A stretch of DNA of 29,571 nucleotides from an uncultured Gammaproteobacteria bacterium (lineage in GTDB: Bacteria > Patescibacteriota > Microgenomatia > JAMCZE01), in contig CAZQWX010000063.1 in assembly GCA_964597255.1 (NCBI GenBank), forward strand, positions 1 to 29,571, given 5' to 3'. The translations under genes were made by a program, and so were the position numbers. Below, piece by piece: positions 16,677-24,586 of this stretch; the first letter of the stretch is position 1; every line of letters starts with the position of its first letter. The notes below the pieces were generated by a model, which was given only the letters and a program-made list of their open reading frames with translations, was not told the DNA's origin and made no database searches.

Positions 16677-17459
16677 GATCTACTCAATATCGGTGACTTT
16701 GCCAAGATGGCCGAGACGACCAAGCGCACGGTTTTATGGTATGAAGAAAAGGGTATTTTGAAGCCAAAACAGGTCGATACTGAGAATGGCTACCGATTAT
16801 ATGCAATCGACCAAATCATCGATTTCAAAGCTATTCTTTTACTACGAAAGCTTGACTTCTCGATTGAAGAAATAAGAAGTTTTCTGGCCAAACAGCATAC
16901 GCCAGAGGCACTGTTTAACCTAAAGAAAAAAGCCTTACAGCAAGAAATTGCTGACTTGCAAACTGTCCTGCGTGACACCGATAAGTATTACCGCAACCTG
17001 CAGAAAACCGGCACCTTGGTCGATCCGAGAATAAAAACATTTAAATCTTTTCCGGTGTTTTATATCGACAAACTTGGTCCTTACTATCAGATTGATGATT
17101 ATTTTACGCAGTTGCGATCATGTTTTGACTTTATTCCCCCAACTGTCAAGGGTCTGGTACTTTACGAAGGCGTTGGCTATCAACCAAAAAATGTCAAAAC
17201 CAAGATTTGTTTTTGGATTAGGCCCGGTTTAAAACTCAAGCCAGAAGCCAAAGACGTCGTCAAAAAGATGACTGTCCCAGGATTTAGGGCTTTGGCCTAT
17301 ACCCACTATGGATCAAGCCGGTTATTATCCATGCTTTGGGTGGAGCTCAAGAAGTATCAGGTTAAAAATGACTATAAAGCCGATCAGAGCTTGCCATTTG
17401 AAGATGCGGAATTGTCTGAAAGTGCCCATGTCACCGAGATGTTGATGCCAATTAAATAG
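16668..17459 (+). CDS. MerR-family transcriptional regulator with C-terminal GyrI-like effector domain
   Basis: N-terminal IGDFAKMAETTKRTVLWYEEKGILKP..D.ENGYRLY wHTH, then a coiled coil and a C-terminal ALAYTHYGS...Y domain. Confidence 0.92.
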   Translation: MSQDLLNIGDFAKMAETTKRTVLWYEEKGILKPKQVDTENGYRLYAIDQIIDFKAILLLRKLDFSIEEIRSFLAKQHTPEALFNLKKKALQQEIADLQTVLRDTDKYYRNLQKTGTLVDPRIKTFKSFPVFYIDKLGPYYQIDDYFTQLRSCFDFIPPTVKGLVLYEGVGYQPKNVKTKICFWIRPGLKLKPEAKDVVKKMTVPGFRALAYTHYGSSRLLSMLWVELKKYQVKNDYKADQSLPFEDAELSESAHVTEMLMPIK

Positions 17460-17474
17460 TTTTACTTTTGCCAG

Positions 17475-17491
17475 GAGTCAAGAGAGGAAAT
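17475..17491. repeat. 17-bp direct repeat, copy 2
   Basis: Identical to 14845-14861; lies between the convergent merR and copZ stop codons. Confidence 0.85.
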
Positions 17492-17709
17492 CAGGATGGC
17501 TCTGACTGATCAGAAATTTTATAGCCAGACTTCGCGACGATCTGCTTGATATCCTGGTCACTAATTTTTTCCGGCTCGTATTCCACCTCGACAACTTGGT
17601 TGGCATAGCTGCATTTGGCTTTAATGCCATGGTCCTCCAGATCCCACTCGATCGTCATAGCGCAGGAGCTGCAATGCATGCCGGATACGCTAAAGGTTTT
17701 TTTGATCAT
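17491..17709 (-). CDS. copZ: Copper chaperone (HMA domain)
   Basis: 72 aa with a GMHCSSC metal-binding motif; last gene of the copper operon. Confidence 0.88.
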   Translation of the reverse strand: MIKKTFSVSGMHCSSCAMTIEWDLEDHGIKAKCSYANQVVEVEYEPEKISDQDIKQIVAKSGYKISDQSEPS

Positions 17710-18704
17710 ATGACATTAATTACCCCGCGGTACATGCCCATGGCACACATAAATGGTACTGTTCCGGTGGTGGTCGGCGCTGTAAAATCAACGGTTTCTG
17801 TTGTTCCAACTTGAACAATTTTACGAATCCCAAATGATGGGATGGTAAAAGCCATGGCACAACCGCCGCCGCCTTTGTTGACCAGGGTCAACTTTACCGG
17901 TAGCCCCGCTTTCACTGTCACTTGGTTGGGAGTGTAGCCGCCTGGTCCAATAGTAACAGTTGGAGTTTGAGAAACGTCTTGGGCGACGACCGGACCGTCG
18001 GTGCAAATGGTCACAGTACAAATAACCTGCCGGAGAACATTCTGTGCTCCAAAGGTCACGCCAGTAAGAGCAAAAGCATTATTTAAATTAAAAACGGCCA
18101 GGCCGATGACCACAACAGCGGCCAGGCGTAAGAATTGTTGCTGCATCACTTCACCCAGTCTGGTAGCCAAGTAGCCCAAGATAAAGAAAACCGGTGACGT
18201 GCCCAAAATGAAAGCCAGCATAATTAAAGCTCCAGACAAAGGTTGGCCAGAAGCGATGGCCAAGGCCATCATCGCCTGGGTGGTTCCACAAGGCACAAAA
18301 ATAGTAAAAGCTCCCAAGATTAGTGGGGCAAAGACACTTTTTGATCGGGAACTGTCACGAACCAGCCGGGTCAAAAATCGTGGTGGCTGGATAACAAAAT
18401 AACGAAAAATTGGATGGGCTTGGAGTAAATTTAGCGCTGAGCCAATCATAAAAACGGCAACAAAAATTTGCAGCAAGCCTTGGGTCTGGGTGGACAATTG
18501 AAAGGCACTACCCAGAAGACCAAGGAGCATGCCCAAGATGGTATAAGCAATAAGCTTGGCTCCCAAGAAATACATAATGGTCAGACCGCCCCGTTTCTCC
18601 CCTTCGGTTTGAGCGATAGTTGTGGCCAAAAGCCCGCCTTGGACAGCCAAACAACTCAGACCGCCAGCCAGAAGGCCAGTTAAAAAGATGGCTACAAGGT
18701 TCAT
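17706..18704 (-). CDS. TauE/DsbD_2-like membrane protein with C-terminal cupredoxin domain
   Basis: [19 protein letters not shown], multiple TM segments; C-terminal [11 protein letters not shown]...C...[10 protein letters not shown] cupredoxin-like domain. Confidence 0.85.
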   Translation of the reverse strand: MNLVAIFLTGLLAGGLSCLAVQGGLLATTIAQTEGEKRGGLTIMYFLGAKLIAYTILGMLLGLLGSAFQLSTQTQGLLQIFVAVFMIGSALNLLQAHPIFRYFVIQPPRFLTRLVRDSSRSKSVFAPLILGAFTIFVPCGTTQAMMALAIASGQPLSGALIMLAFILGTSPVFFILGYLATRLGEVMQQQFLRLAAVVVIGLAVFNLNNAFALTGVTFGAQNVLRQVICTVTICTDGPVVAQDVSQTPTVTIGPGGYTPNQVTVKAGLPVKLTLVNKGGGGCAMAFTIPSFGIRKIVQVGTTETVDFTAPTTTGTVPFMCAMGMYRGVINVI

Positions 18705-20767
18705 AATTTTGCTCCTTTCAAGCGCAGCGAATTAGTCACCACTGATAGGGAACTGGCGGCCATGGCAAAGCCGGCCAACATGGGATTGAGAAAGCCGAGC
18801 ATCGCTGCCGGAATTAAAATGATGTTATAACCGAAAGCCCAGAAGAGATTCTGTTTGATGGTGCGCATGGTTTTGCGCGACAAATCAATTGCCGCCGCCA
18901 CACTGGTCAAGTCTTTGTTTAACAGCGTCACGCCGGCAGCTTCAATGGCGACATCGGTCCCCGAGCCCATGGCCATGCCCACGCTGGCCACGACCAAAGC
19001 CGGAGCGTCGTTGATCCCATCCCCAACCATGGCAACCTTTTTGTTTTTGCTTTGCAGCTTTTGAACTTCAGCTGCTTTGTCTTGCGGCAGAATCTCCGCT
19101 AACACTTTAGCAATACCCAGTTGAGAGGCAATTTTTTTAGCAGTTTCAGTGTTATCACCAGTGAGCATGACGGTCTCGATACCCATGGTGTTTAGCTTGG
19201 TGATACCAGTCTTAGCGGTATCTTTAATAGTATCAACGACGGTTATAGTCCCGGCGGGTTTGCCACTGACCACCAAAGTCATGCCCGGCTTGCCAAAAGT
19301 CATGGTCTTATCGGCGATGATTCCTTCCACACCGACGCCGGGAACAGCTTTAAAATTGGTCACCGGTAGTAATGTGAGCTTTTCTTCAGTGGCTTTTTTT
19401 AAAATGGCATCAGCCAAGGCGTGTTCCGATCCCTTTTCCAGACTGGCGGCCAGCTGTAAAACGTCGTGGGTGTTATATTTGGCATCCTGTACTTGGATAG
19501 CAGTTACTTCCGGCTGACCTTTGGTTAAGGTGCCGGTTTTGTCAAAAACCACCGTCGTCACTTGGTTGGCAATTTCCAGCGTCACAGCGTCGCGGATTAA
19601 AATACCATGCTCCGCCCCTTTGCCCACCCCAACCATAATCGCCGTCGGCGTCGCCAAGCCCAAGGCACAGGGACAGGCAATGATCAGAACGGCAATCATG
19701 TTGGTGAACGCTGGCAAAAACGAGCCAGTGTCATACCAAAACACAAAGGTTACTACTGCCAGGATTAAAATCACGGGAACGAAATAAGAGGAAATGGTAT
19801 CGGCCAACCGCTGAATTGGCGCCCGCGAACTTTGGGCCGTGGCCACCAGGGCCACGATCTGGGACAAAACCGTATCTGACCCAATTTTCGTGGCAGTAAA
19901 GACGAAACTCCCGGTTTTGTTCAAGGTAGCACCAATGACAGTGTCGCCAACGGCTTTTTCTACCGGCAGGGACTCGCCAGTGACCATCGATTCGTCAATG
20001 GCACTTTGACCCTCGGTAATGGTGCCGTCGACGGGAATTTTCTCACCAGGCCGGACCCGAATAAGGTCGCCAACTTGGACCTGGTCGATGGGGATGTCGA
20101 TCTCTTTCCCGTGACGCACCACCCGGGCAGTCTTGGCCGCCAAGCCCAACAATTTTTTGATCGCATCGCTGGTATGCACTTTGGCTTTAGCTTCCAAGAA
20201 GCGGCCCAGCAGAATCAAAGTAATAATGACCGCGGCGGAATCGAAGTAGGTATTGGATGTCAAGCCCACAACTGCCAAGGCTGAATAGCCAAAAGCAGCA
20301 GTGGTGCCCACGGCAATCAGGGTGTCCATGTTAGCCGTCCGGTTGCGCAACCCCGACCAGGCGGCTTGATAGAACCCGCGACCCACCCAGAATTGGACCG
20401 GGGCCGCCAGCAAAAAGAGAACGTAGTTTGGGACCACGATATGAAACAAGTCAGGAAAACTGCCGATGACGACCAGGATACTTAAGATTGCGGCGATGAT
20501 TATTTTGGTTTGGAGTGCTGCTAGCTCTTGCTTCTTGACGGCTTCTTTGGTCGCCTCAGTGCCAACTTGATAGCCCAAGTCAGCCACAGCCGAAGATAAG
20601 TCTGCTTGATGACATGTAGTCTCGTCATAGTCAACCGAGGCTTGTTCACTGCCATAATTCACCGTGGCCGCGGTCACGCCCGGAACTTTCAACAAGCGCC
20701 GCTCGATTAATCTGGCGCAGGAGGCGCAATGCATGCCAATAATTGGCAAGGTGGTTTTAGTGGTCAT
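18701..20767 (-). CDS. copA: Copper-translocating P1B-type ATPase
   Basis: [40 protein letters not shown] and MAASS motifs; probable start is the ATG at 20767 (MTTKTT). Confidence 0.96.
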   Translation of the reverse strand: MTTKTTLPIIGMHCASCARLIERRLLKVPGVTAATVNYGSEQASVDYDETTCHQADLSSAVADLGYQVGTEATKEAVKKQELAALQTKIIIAAILSILVVIGSFPDLFHIVVPNYVLFLLAAPVQFWVGRGFYQAAWSGLRNRTANMDTLIAVGTTAAFGYSALAVVGLTSNTYFDSAAVIITLILLGRFLEAKAKVHTSDAIKKLLGLAAKTARVVRHGKEIDIPIDQVQVGDLIRVRPGEKIPVDGTITEGQSAIDESMVTGESLPVEKAVGDTVIGATLNKTGSFVFTATKIGSDTVLSQIVALVATAQSSRAPIQRLADTISSYFVPVILILAVVTFVFWYDTGSFLPAFTNMIAVLIIACPCALGLATPTAIMVGVGKGAEHGILIRDAVTLEIANQVTTVVFDKTGTLTKGQPEVTAIQVQDAKYNTHDVLQLAASLEKGSEHALADAILKKATEEKLTLLPVTNFKAVPGVGVEGIIADKTMTFGKPGMTLVVSGKPAGTITVVDTIKDTAKTGITKLNTMGIETVMLTGDNTETAKKIASQLGIAKVLAEILPQDKAAEVQKLQSKNKKVAMVGDGINDAPALVVASVGMAMGSGTDVAIEAAGVTLLNKDLTSVAAAIDLSRKTMRTIKQNLFWAFGYNIILIPAAMLGFLNPMLAGFAMAASSLSVVTNSLRLKGAKL

Positions 20768-20864
20768 GGCTTGTGGTATTAGTATTCTTTTGGCCGGCAA
20801 AAAAGAACCAGGCAATTAACCCGGCTAACAACAATCCGCCGACAGTGACCAAAACTTTATCCAT
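20757..20864 (-). CDS. Small membrane peptide (35 aa) resembling the CupA N-terminal anchor
   Basis: Manual translation [35 protein letters not shown]; overlaps both the csoR stop and the copA start. Confidence 0.65.
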   Translation of the reverse strand: MDKVLVTVGGLLLAGLIAWFFFAGQKNTNTTSHDH

Positions 20865-21129
20865 GTCTTTTGTGCAAAACACTCATGACCTCAGCGATGG
20901 CTTTTTTGGAATTACCTTTCTTGATTTCGTCGGCGACACAACTTTCCAGATGGTTGGCCATAACCTGATCTTCAGTTTGTTTAATTGCTTCGCGTACGGC
21001 CTGCATCTGGTGCAAAATGTCGATGCAATAAACATCATCCTTAACCATCTGTAACACTTTTTCCAAATGGCCAAGGGAAATCTGCAACCGGTGAATAATG
21101 GCTTCCTGGGTGTCTTTTGGTCGATACAT
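20857..21129 (-). CDS. csoR: CsoR/RcnR-family metal-sensing repressor
   Basis: RLQISLGHLEKV...CIDILHQMQAV...HLESCV (Cys-His-Cys ligands); heads the copA operon. Confidence 0.9.
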   Translation of the reverse strand: MYRPKDTQEAIIHRLQISLGHLEKVLQMVKDDVYCIDILHQMQAVREAIKQTEDQVMANHLESCVADEIKKGNSKKAIAEVMSVLHKRHG

Positions 21130-21136
21130 GGTGTTT

Positions 21137-21166
21137 ATCGTAATCCCTCCCGGGGGGATATGTCAA
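21137..21166 (-). promoter_or_regulatory. cop promoter with CsoR-type G/C-tract operator
   Basis: TTGACA-18 bp-TACGAT; the spacer holds ATCCC-CCCGGGA-GGGAT; the ATG is 7 nt after the -10 (leaderless). Confidence 0.75.
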
Positions 21167-21197
21167 GAGGAAGAAAAGTTCGATTTAAACCAGGGAG

Positions 21198-21986
21198 TCA
21201 AGGGAGAAAGTTGTGGTCGGATCTTGAACACCAGAAATTAAAAATGGCTAACCATTGGGCAAACGACAAATCAGTCGGTTTGGCATGAAGACTAAAATGA
21301 TTAGCATCGGCCAGTCGCTTCCATTGATTAAAAGTAAATATCTTCTTCAGACCAACTTTTAGATCCTTTTTCCAGGTGCCGAAAGCGAATTTGATGAAGT
21401 TCTTATAGAGCAGCTCCTGGTCAGGGGAAATCAGAGGGATTGTGCGCTTGGTAATCGTTAGTAGGACAATATCCACTTCTGGGGCTGGTTGGAAATCTGT
21501 CTGATTAAACTTCCAAATGAGACGAAAATCGAACCACGGCTTGGTCAAAAGCGAGGCTTGGGTTTCCCTGGGAAGACCGGCAAACTTTTCGGCGGCTTCT
21601 TGTTGAACCACCAGATAGGCAACTTCCGGGGGTCGAGAATAATAAAGCAGTTTATAGATGATGTCGGCGGTGAGGTGAAACGGCAGATTGGCAAAGACCT
21701 TGTAAGGCTGGTTTGGCAGAGAATATTGCCGGATGTCAGCCTGGCAGACGGCAACATTGGGATAGTTTCTGAGATTGCTGCGAAGCTGGCCGACCAGATT
21801 AGTGTCGACTTCCACAGCAATGACCCTGGCTCCGGTTTGAGCCAACTCGCGCGTGATGGTTCCAGTCCCCGCCCCAATATCAACGATTAGGTCGTTAGGG
21901 ACAAACTGAGCTTTGCCCACCAAGTGAGCCACCAGTTTGGGATCCCGGAAAAAGTTTTGCGACAACAATCTTCTTTGTAAATTCAT
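21198..21986 (-). CDS. Erm-like rRNA adenine N6-methyltransferase (Erm/KsgA family)
   Basis: SQNF, VDIGAGTG, VIAVEVD, ANLPF, F.PAPEVD motifs and an Erm-like C-terminus (IFT..Q..RL, LSFAQWLAIF); AAGGAGG before the ATG at 21986. Confidence 0.85.
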   Translation of the reverse strand: MNLQRRLLSQNFFRDPKLVAHLVGKAQFVPNDLIVDIGAGTGTITRELAQTGARVIAVEVDTNLVGQLRSNLRNYPNVAVCQADIRQYSLPNQPYKVFANLPFHLTADIIYKLLYYSRPPEVAYLVVQQEAAEKFAGLPRETQASLLTKPWFDFRLIWKFNQTDFQPAPEVDIVLLTITKRTIPLISPDQELLYKNFIKFAFGTWKKDLKVGLKKIFTFNQWKRLADANHFSLHAKPTDLSFAQWLAIFNFWCSRSDHNFLP

Positions 21987-22080
21987 AAGAACCCCTCCTT
22001 TCGGTCGGGAACCTTGCGCCCGAGCACTTACAGTGTAAACACCTGCGTGTTCGGGGCTAGATACACCTTCCTTTTTGCAC

Positions 22081-22109
22081 ACAAAAAAACCAGTCCTAGT
22101 GACTGGTTT
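22081..22109 (-). terminator. Attenuator terminator in the erm leader
   Basis: Minus strand reads AAACCAGTC-ACTAG-GACTGGTTT followed by further Ts (perfect 9-bp stem). Confidence 0.8.
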
Positions 22110-22177
22110 ACTGATTTATTAGCTATTTAGATTTGGATGCGAATTACCAACACAAAAACCAGCCGCTAGGCGGTTAC

Positions 22178-22216
22178 TTAGGCTTGTGGCCTATATGTGT
22201 CGATAACTTTCGTCAT
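22178..22216 (-). CDS. Putative erm leader peptide MTKVIDTYRPQA
   Basis: ATG 9 nt after TGcTATAAT; the stop abuts the first hairpin of the leader. Confidence 0.6.
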   Translation of the reverse strand: MTKVIDTYRPQA

Positions 22217-22225
22217 ACTTGGTGA

Positions 22226-22234
22226 ATTATAGCA
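22226..22234 (-). promoter_or_regulatory. Extended -10 promoter of the erm leader
   Basis: TGcTATAAT on the minus strand. Confidence 0.6.
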
Positions 22235-22279
22235 CAAAAGCTGCTCGAATTCATGTTCGCCTGTCTGTCGTTTTACCTA

Positions 22280-23095
22280 TTAAAACCACTTCTCAAAAAA
22301 TGACGCCAAATCCTTTGAAAGTTGTGGGCCGATTCCTATCCCCTGCTTCTTATCTCTAAATTTATGTGCAGTTTCGATCTGAACTGCGTTTATTTTATAT
22401 TTTGTCGCATAGTATCGGGTTGTAAATTCTGCGGCATATAAATCTTCTTTTTGGTGTGTGGCGCTTTTATCTCCAGGAACAAATACTTCATATCCTTTAT
22501 GTCTTAGGTATTCACCCATAGCAAGATCGATATCGCCATAGTAAATCGATGTTCTGTTACCGGTACCTAGAATCAGGTCGTATCCACCTTTGGGAGCATA
22601 ATCTGGTTGCTTGGCAAATCCATGTAAATCAATCAAAAGGCAACCTGCCTTGCCGTAACGATTAATTGATTCCTCCAACAACTGCCCGATTGTTCCATGA
22701 TACTGTCTATATTCAGGAGCGTAACGGGAATTTTCCAGAGCAAGTTGCGGTTTCTGACCCTTGTAGTAGCTTCTGGGGATTGGCCAACTTCGGTTCAGAT
22801 CCACCATACCCCTTGGAATATCTCCTTTAACTACACTTATAAATTCGCGGATGTTTAGCCGTTTAGAACCAAACAGAATATCTTTGGCAATAAGCCACAC
22901 TCCAGGATCACCACCAGTGACGCCTTTTCGTCGATCCCTTATTTTGTCTGGCCATTTATAATTTGGCATCCCGTCATGAGGTACTGTAATTACCACCCGA
23001 CTTGGCTTTTTTGCTTGCCAGACCTCAGTAAAGTTTATGTTGGTTACCCGATGGTGTTCAAAGTCAATAAAATTTTTAGCCATAGTGTCAAACAT
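22280..23095 (-). CDS. N-formylglutamate amidohydrolase-family protein
   Basis: VITVPHDG, VDLNR, YH, LLIDLHGF, DLILGTG and AVQIE motifs; GGGAGG 7 nt before the ATG. Confidence 0.78.
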   Translation of the reverse strand: MFDTMAKNFIDFEHHRVTNINFTEVWQAKKPSRVVITVPHDGMPNYKWPDKIRDRRKGVTGGDPGVWLIAKDILFGSKRLNIREFISVVKGDIPRGMVDLNRSWPIPRSYYKGQKPQLALENSRYAPEYRQYHGTIGQLLEESINRYGKAGCLLIDLHGFAKQPDYAPKGGYDLILGTGNRTSIYYGDIDLAMGEYLRHKGYEVFVPGDKSATHQKEDLYAAEFTTRYYATKYKINAVQIETAHKFRDKKQGIGIGPQLSKDLASFFEKWF

Positions 23096-23096
23096 T

Positions 23097-23119
23097 AAAA
23101 AACCTCCCGGTTGGGAGGC
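23097..23119 (-). terminator. Terminator/SD-sequestering hairpin directly before the amidohydrolase ATG
   Basis: Minus strand reads GCCTCCC-AACC-GGGAGG-TTTTTT. Confidence 0.72.
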
Positions 23120-23144
23120 ATAGAGTCAATTGTGATTATTTATT

Positions 23145-23225
23145 TCAGGAAATAATAGCCTCCCAACGAACATCGGGAGATTTGGCAGGGGAATAGTTGT
23201 TGTATACGTCAACTCTGGAATTCAT
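23145..23225 (-). CDS. Putative leader peptide MNSRVDVYNNYSPAKSPDVRWEAIIS
   Basis: ATG 8 nt after TATAAT; its 3' codons contain the 10-nt complement of the terminator 5' arm. Confidence 0.55.
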   Translation of the reverse strand: MNSRVDVYNNYSPAKSPDVRWEAIIS

Positions 23226-23233
23226 GTTTTGCG

Positions 23234-23262
23234 ATTATACTTTATTGAGACTATTTTGTCCA
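23234..23262 (-). promoter_or_regulatory. Sigma70-type promoter for the amidohydrolase leader
   Basis: TGGACA-17 bp-TATAAT. Confidence 0.7.
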
Positions 23263-23342
23263 AAAAAATATTTTGTGTACAGAAAATTTGGCCCCAGTCA
23301 AAGAACCATACATGGAATTAGATTAGCTTTCATGTATGCATA

Positions 23343-24560
23343 TCATTCTGCCAGTATTGTCTCGACGATTTCCCTACTTAGCACCATGTTCTTGGTAGCG
23401 CCTTGGTCAAGTTTCGTTACCAAGTTTTTTGTGATGAATGGCAAGGAAAATAATAGCATTGCGGCCATGAGCGTTGAGACGGGATCGAGGGAGAGATGGA
23501 GAAATTCGTCGACACTGTGGGCATAGGTGCCGCGACGAAAAGTGGCATTAATAGCAATCGTGTATTTTTCTCCCAAACTGGCACCACGGCGGATCGCGCC
23601 GGTGACTTCGGTGGTCATTTGGTGACTTTCCACGCCATTTTTGGAAGTCAACGCTTTTCGTGGCACATCACCCAAAGCTGTTTTGATCATCATCTCGGGC
23701 ATATTCGGGCCGGCCAGACTGGCATTGATGGTCTCCCCGATTCTGGGATTACCTTCGAGGATAAATGACGTGCCGCTAGACTTTTCTCGGATGAAATCAA
23801 GCATCATTGGGCCGGTCCAATTGAGAGCTTTGCCGAGCTTCTCAGCATAGGATCTAATATCGTCGTCATTTTGACTTTGCCGATGGCTAGCGCCACCACC
23901 AAAACCAGTCGACAGGGCAAGATACTGGTGGGAGGCAATCAGCTTGCCCCGCACAAAAATTGTTTGGATAGTAAGTTGTTGGCCGACAACTTCTTCCTGA
24001 ACAATTAAGTCTGATTCATTTCGGAAACGGTGTATAGCCCGTTGACGATCAGCATCAGTCGCGATCCGGGCAACGCCAGAGCTGCTGGTGCCATAGGGTG
24101 TTTTCACATAGGTTGGTTTGGTCAGAGAAAGGGTTGTTAGCCCAGAAGCACTTTTTAGAAAAGTCATTTTGGGGACGGGTATACCCAATGATTTTGCCTT
24201 GGTCAAACAAAGTTGCTTGCTCATAATGGTGTTAAAAACTTCTGCAGAGCCTAAAAGTATGTGAGTGTATTGTTGGAGCTCGTGTTGATACTTAGCCAAA
24301 AATAGGCCCTCTTCGTGGATTGGCAAAATGACATCATATTTTTCCTGTTTCAGTAGATGTAATAAGAACTCAAGATAGGCATTTATATCGCGGTTTAGTC
24401 GTGGGCTTTGGAAAAACTGTGAACAATGGCGGTGAAATCTGGCCCAGCAAAAATTATTAGAATCGCAAACATGAACTTCATATTTTGCGGGGTCAAGAAT
24501 AGTTAAGGCCTGGACTGTGGCCGGGGTGGAACCATTAAGGATCAGAATCTTTAGCCGCAT
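23343..24560 (-). CDS. ATP-grasp domain protein
   Basis: YDVILPIHEE, YVKTPYGTSSSGV, LIVQEEVVG and LDFI...ILEGNPR motifs; start at 24560 or 24566. Confidence 0.82.
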   Translation of the reverse strand: MRLKILILNGSTPATVQALTILDPAKYEVHVCDSNNFCWARFHRHCSQFFQSPRLNRDINAYLEFLLHLLKQEKYDVILPIHEEGLFLAKYQHELQQYTHILLGSAEVFNTIMSKQLCLTKAKSLGIPVPKMTFLKSASGLTTLSLTKPTYVKTPYGTSSSGVARIATDADRQRAIHRFRNESDLIVQEEVVGQQLTIQTIFVRGKLIASHQYLALSTGFGGGASHRQSQNDDDIRSYAEKLGKALNWTGPMMLDFIREKSSGTSFILEGNPRIGETINASLAGPNMPEMMIKTALGDVPRKALTSKNGVESHQMTTEVTGAIRRGASLGEKYTIAINATFRRGTYAHSVDEFLHLSLDPVSTLMAAMLLFSLPFITKNLVTKLDQGATKNMVLSREIVETILAE

Positions 24561-24566
24561 GGCCAT

Positions 24567-24580
24567 TAGATTATAATCTA
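24567..24580. promoter_or_regulatory. Palindromic bidirectional -10 element TAGATTATAATCTA
   Basis: Perfect 14-bp palindrome giving TATAAT on both strands, each 9 nt from an ATG (24587 and 24560). Confidence 0.65.
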
Positions 24581-24586
24581 GTTGTC

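Noticed and set aside
19200-19440. CopA HP motif reads HA and the N-domain looks short
   Set aside because: All catalytic and TM metal motifs are intact and the His is kept; likely ordinary streamlining rather than a pseudogene.
23197-23526. 109-aa plus-strand ORF
   Set aside because: It overlaps the ATP-grasp 3' end and the amidohydrolase promoter antisense; better explained as a shadow.
23343-24560. ATP-grasp protein as the missing nucleotide-binding partner of the His-swivel unit
   Set aside because: It is about 7 kb away, outside the direct repeats and separately promoted, and its motifs fit a carboxylate-amine ligase type rather than the PPDK/Rph N-terminal domain.
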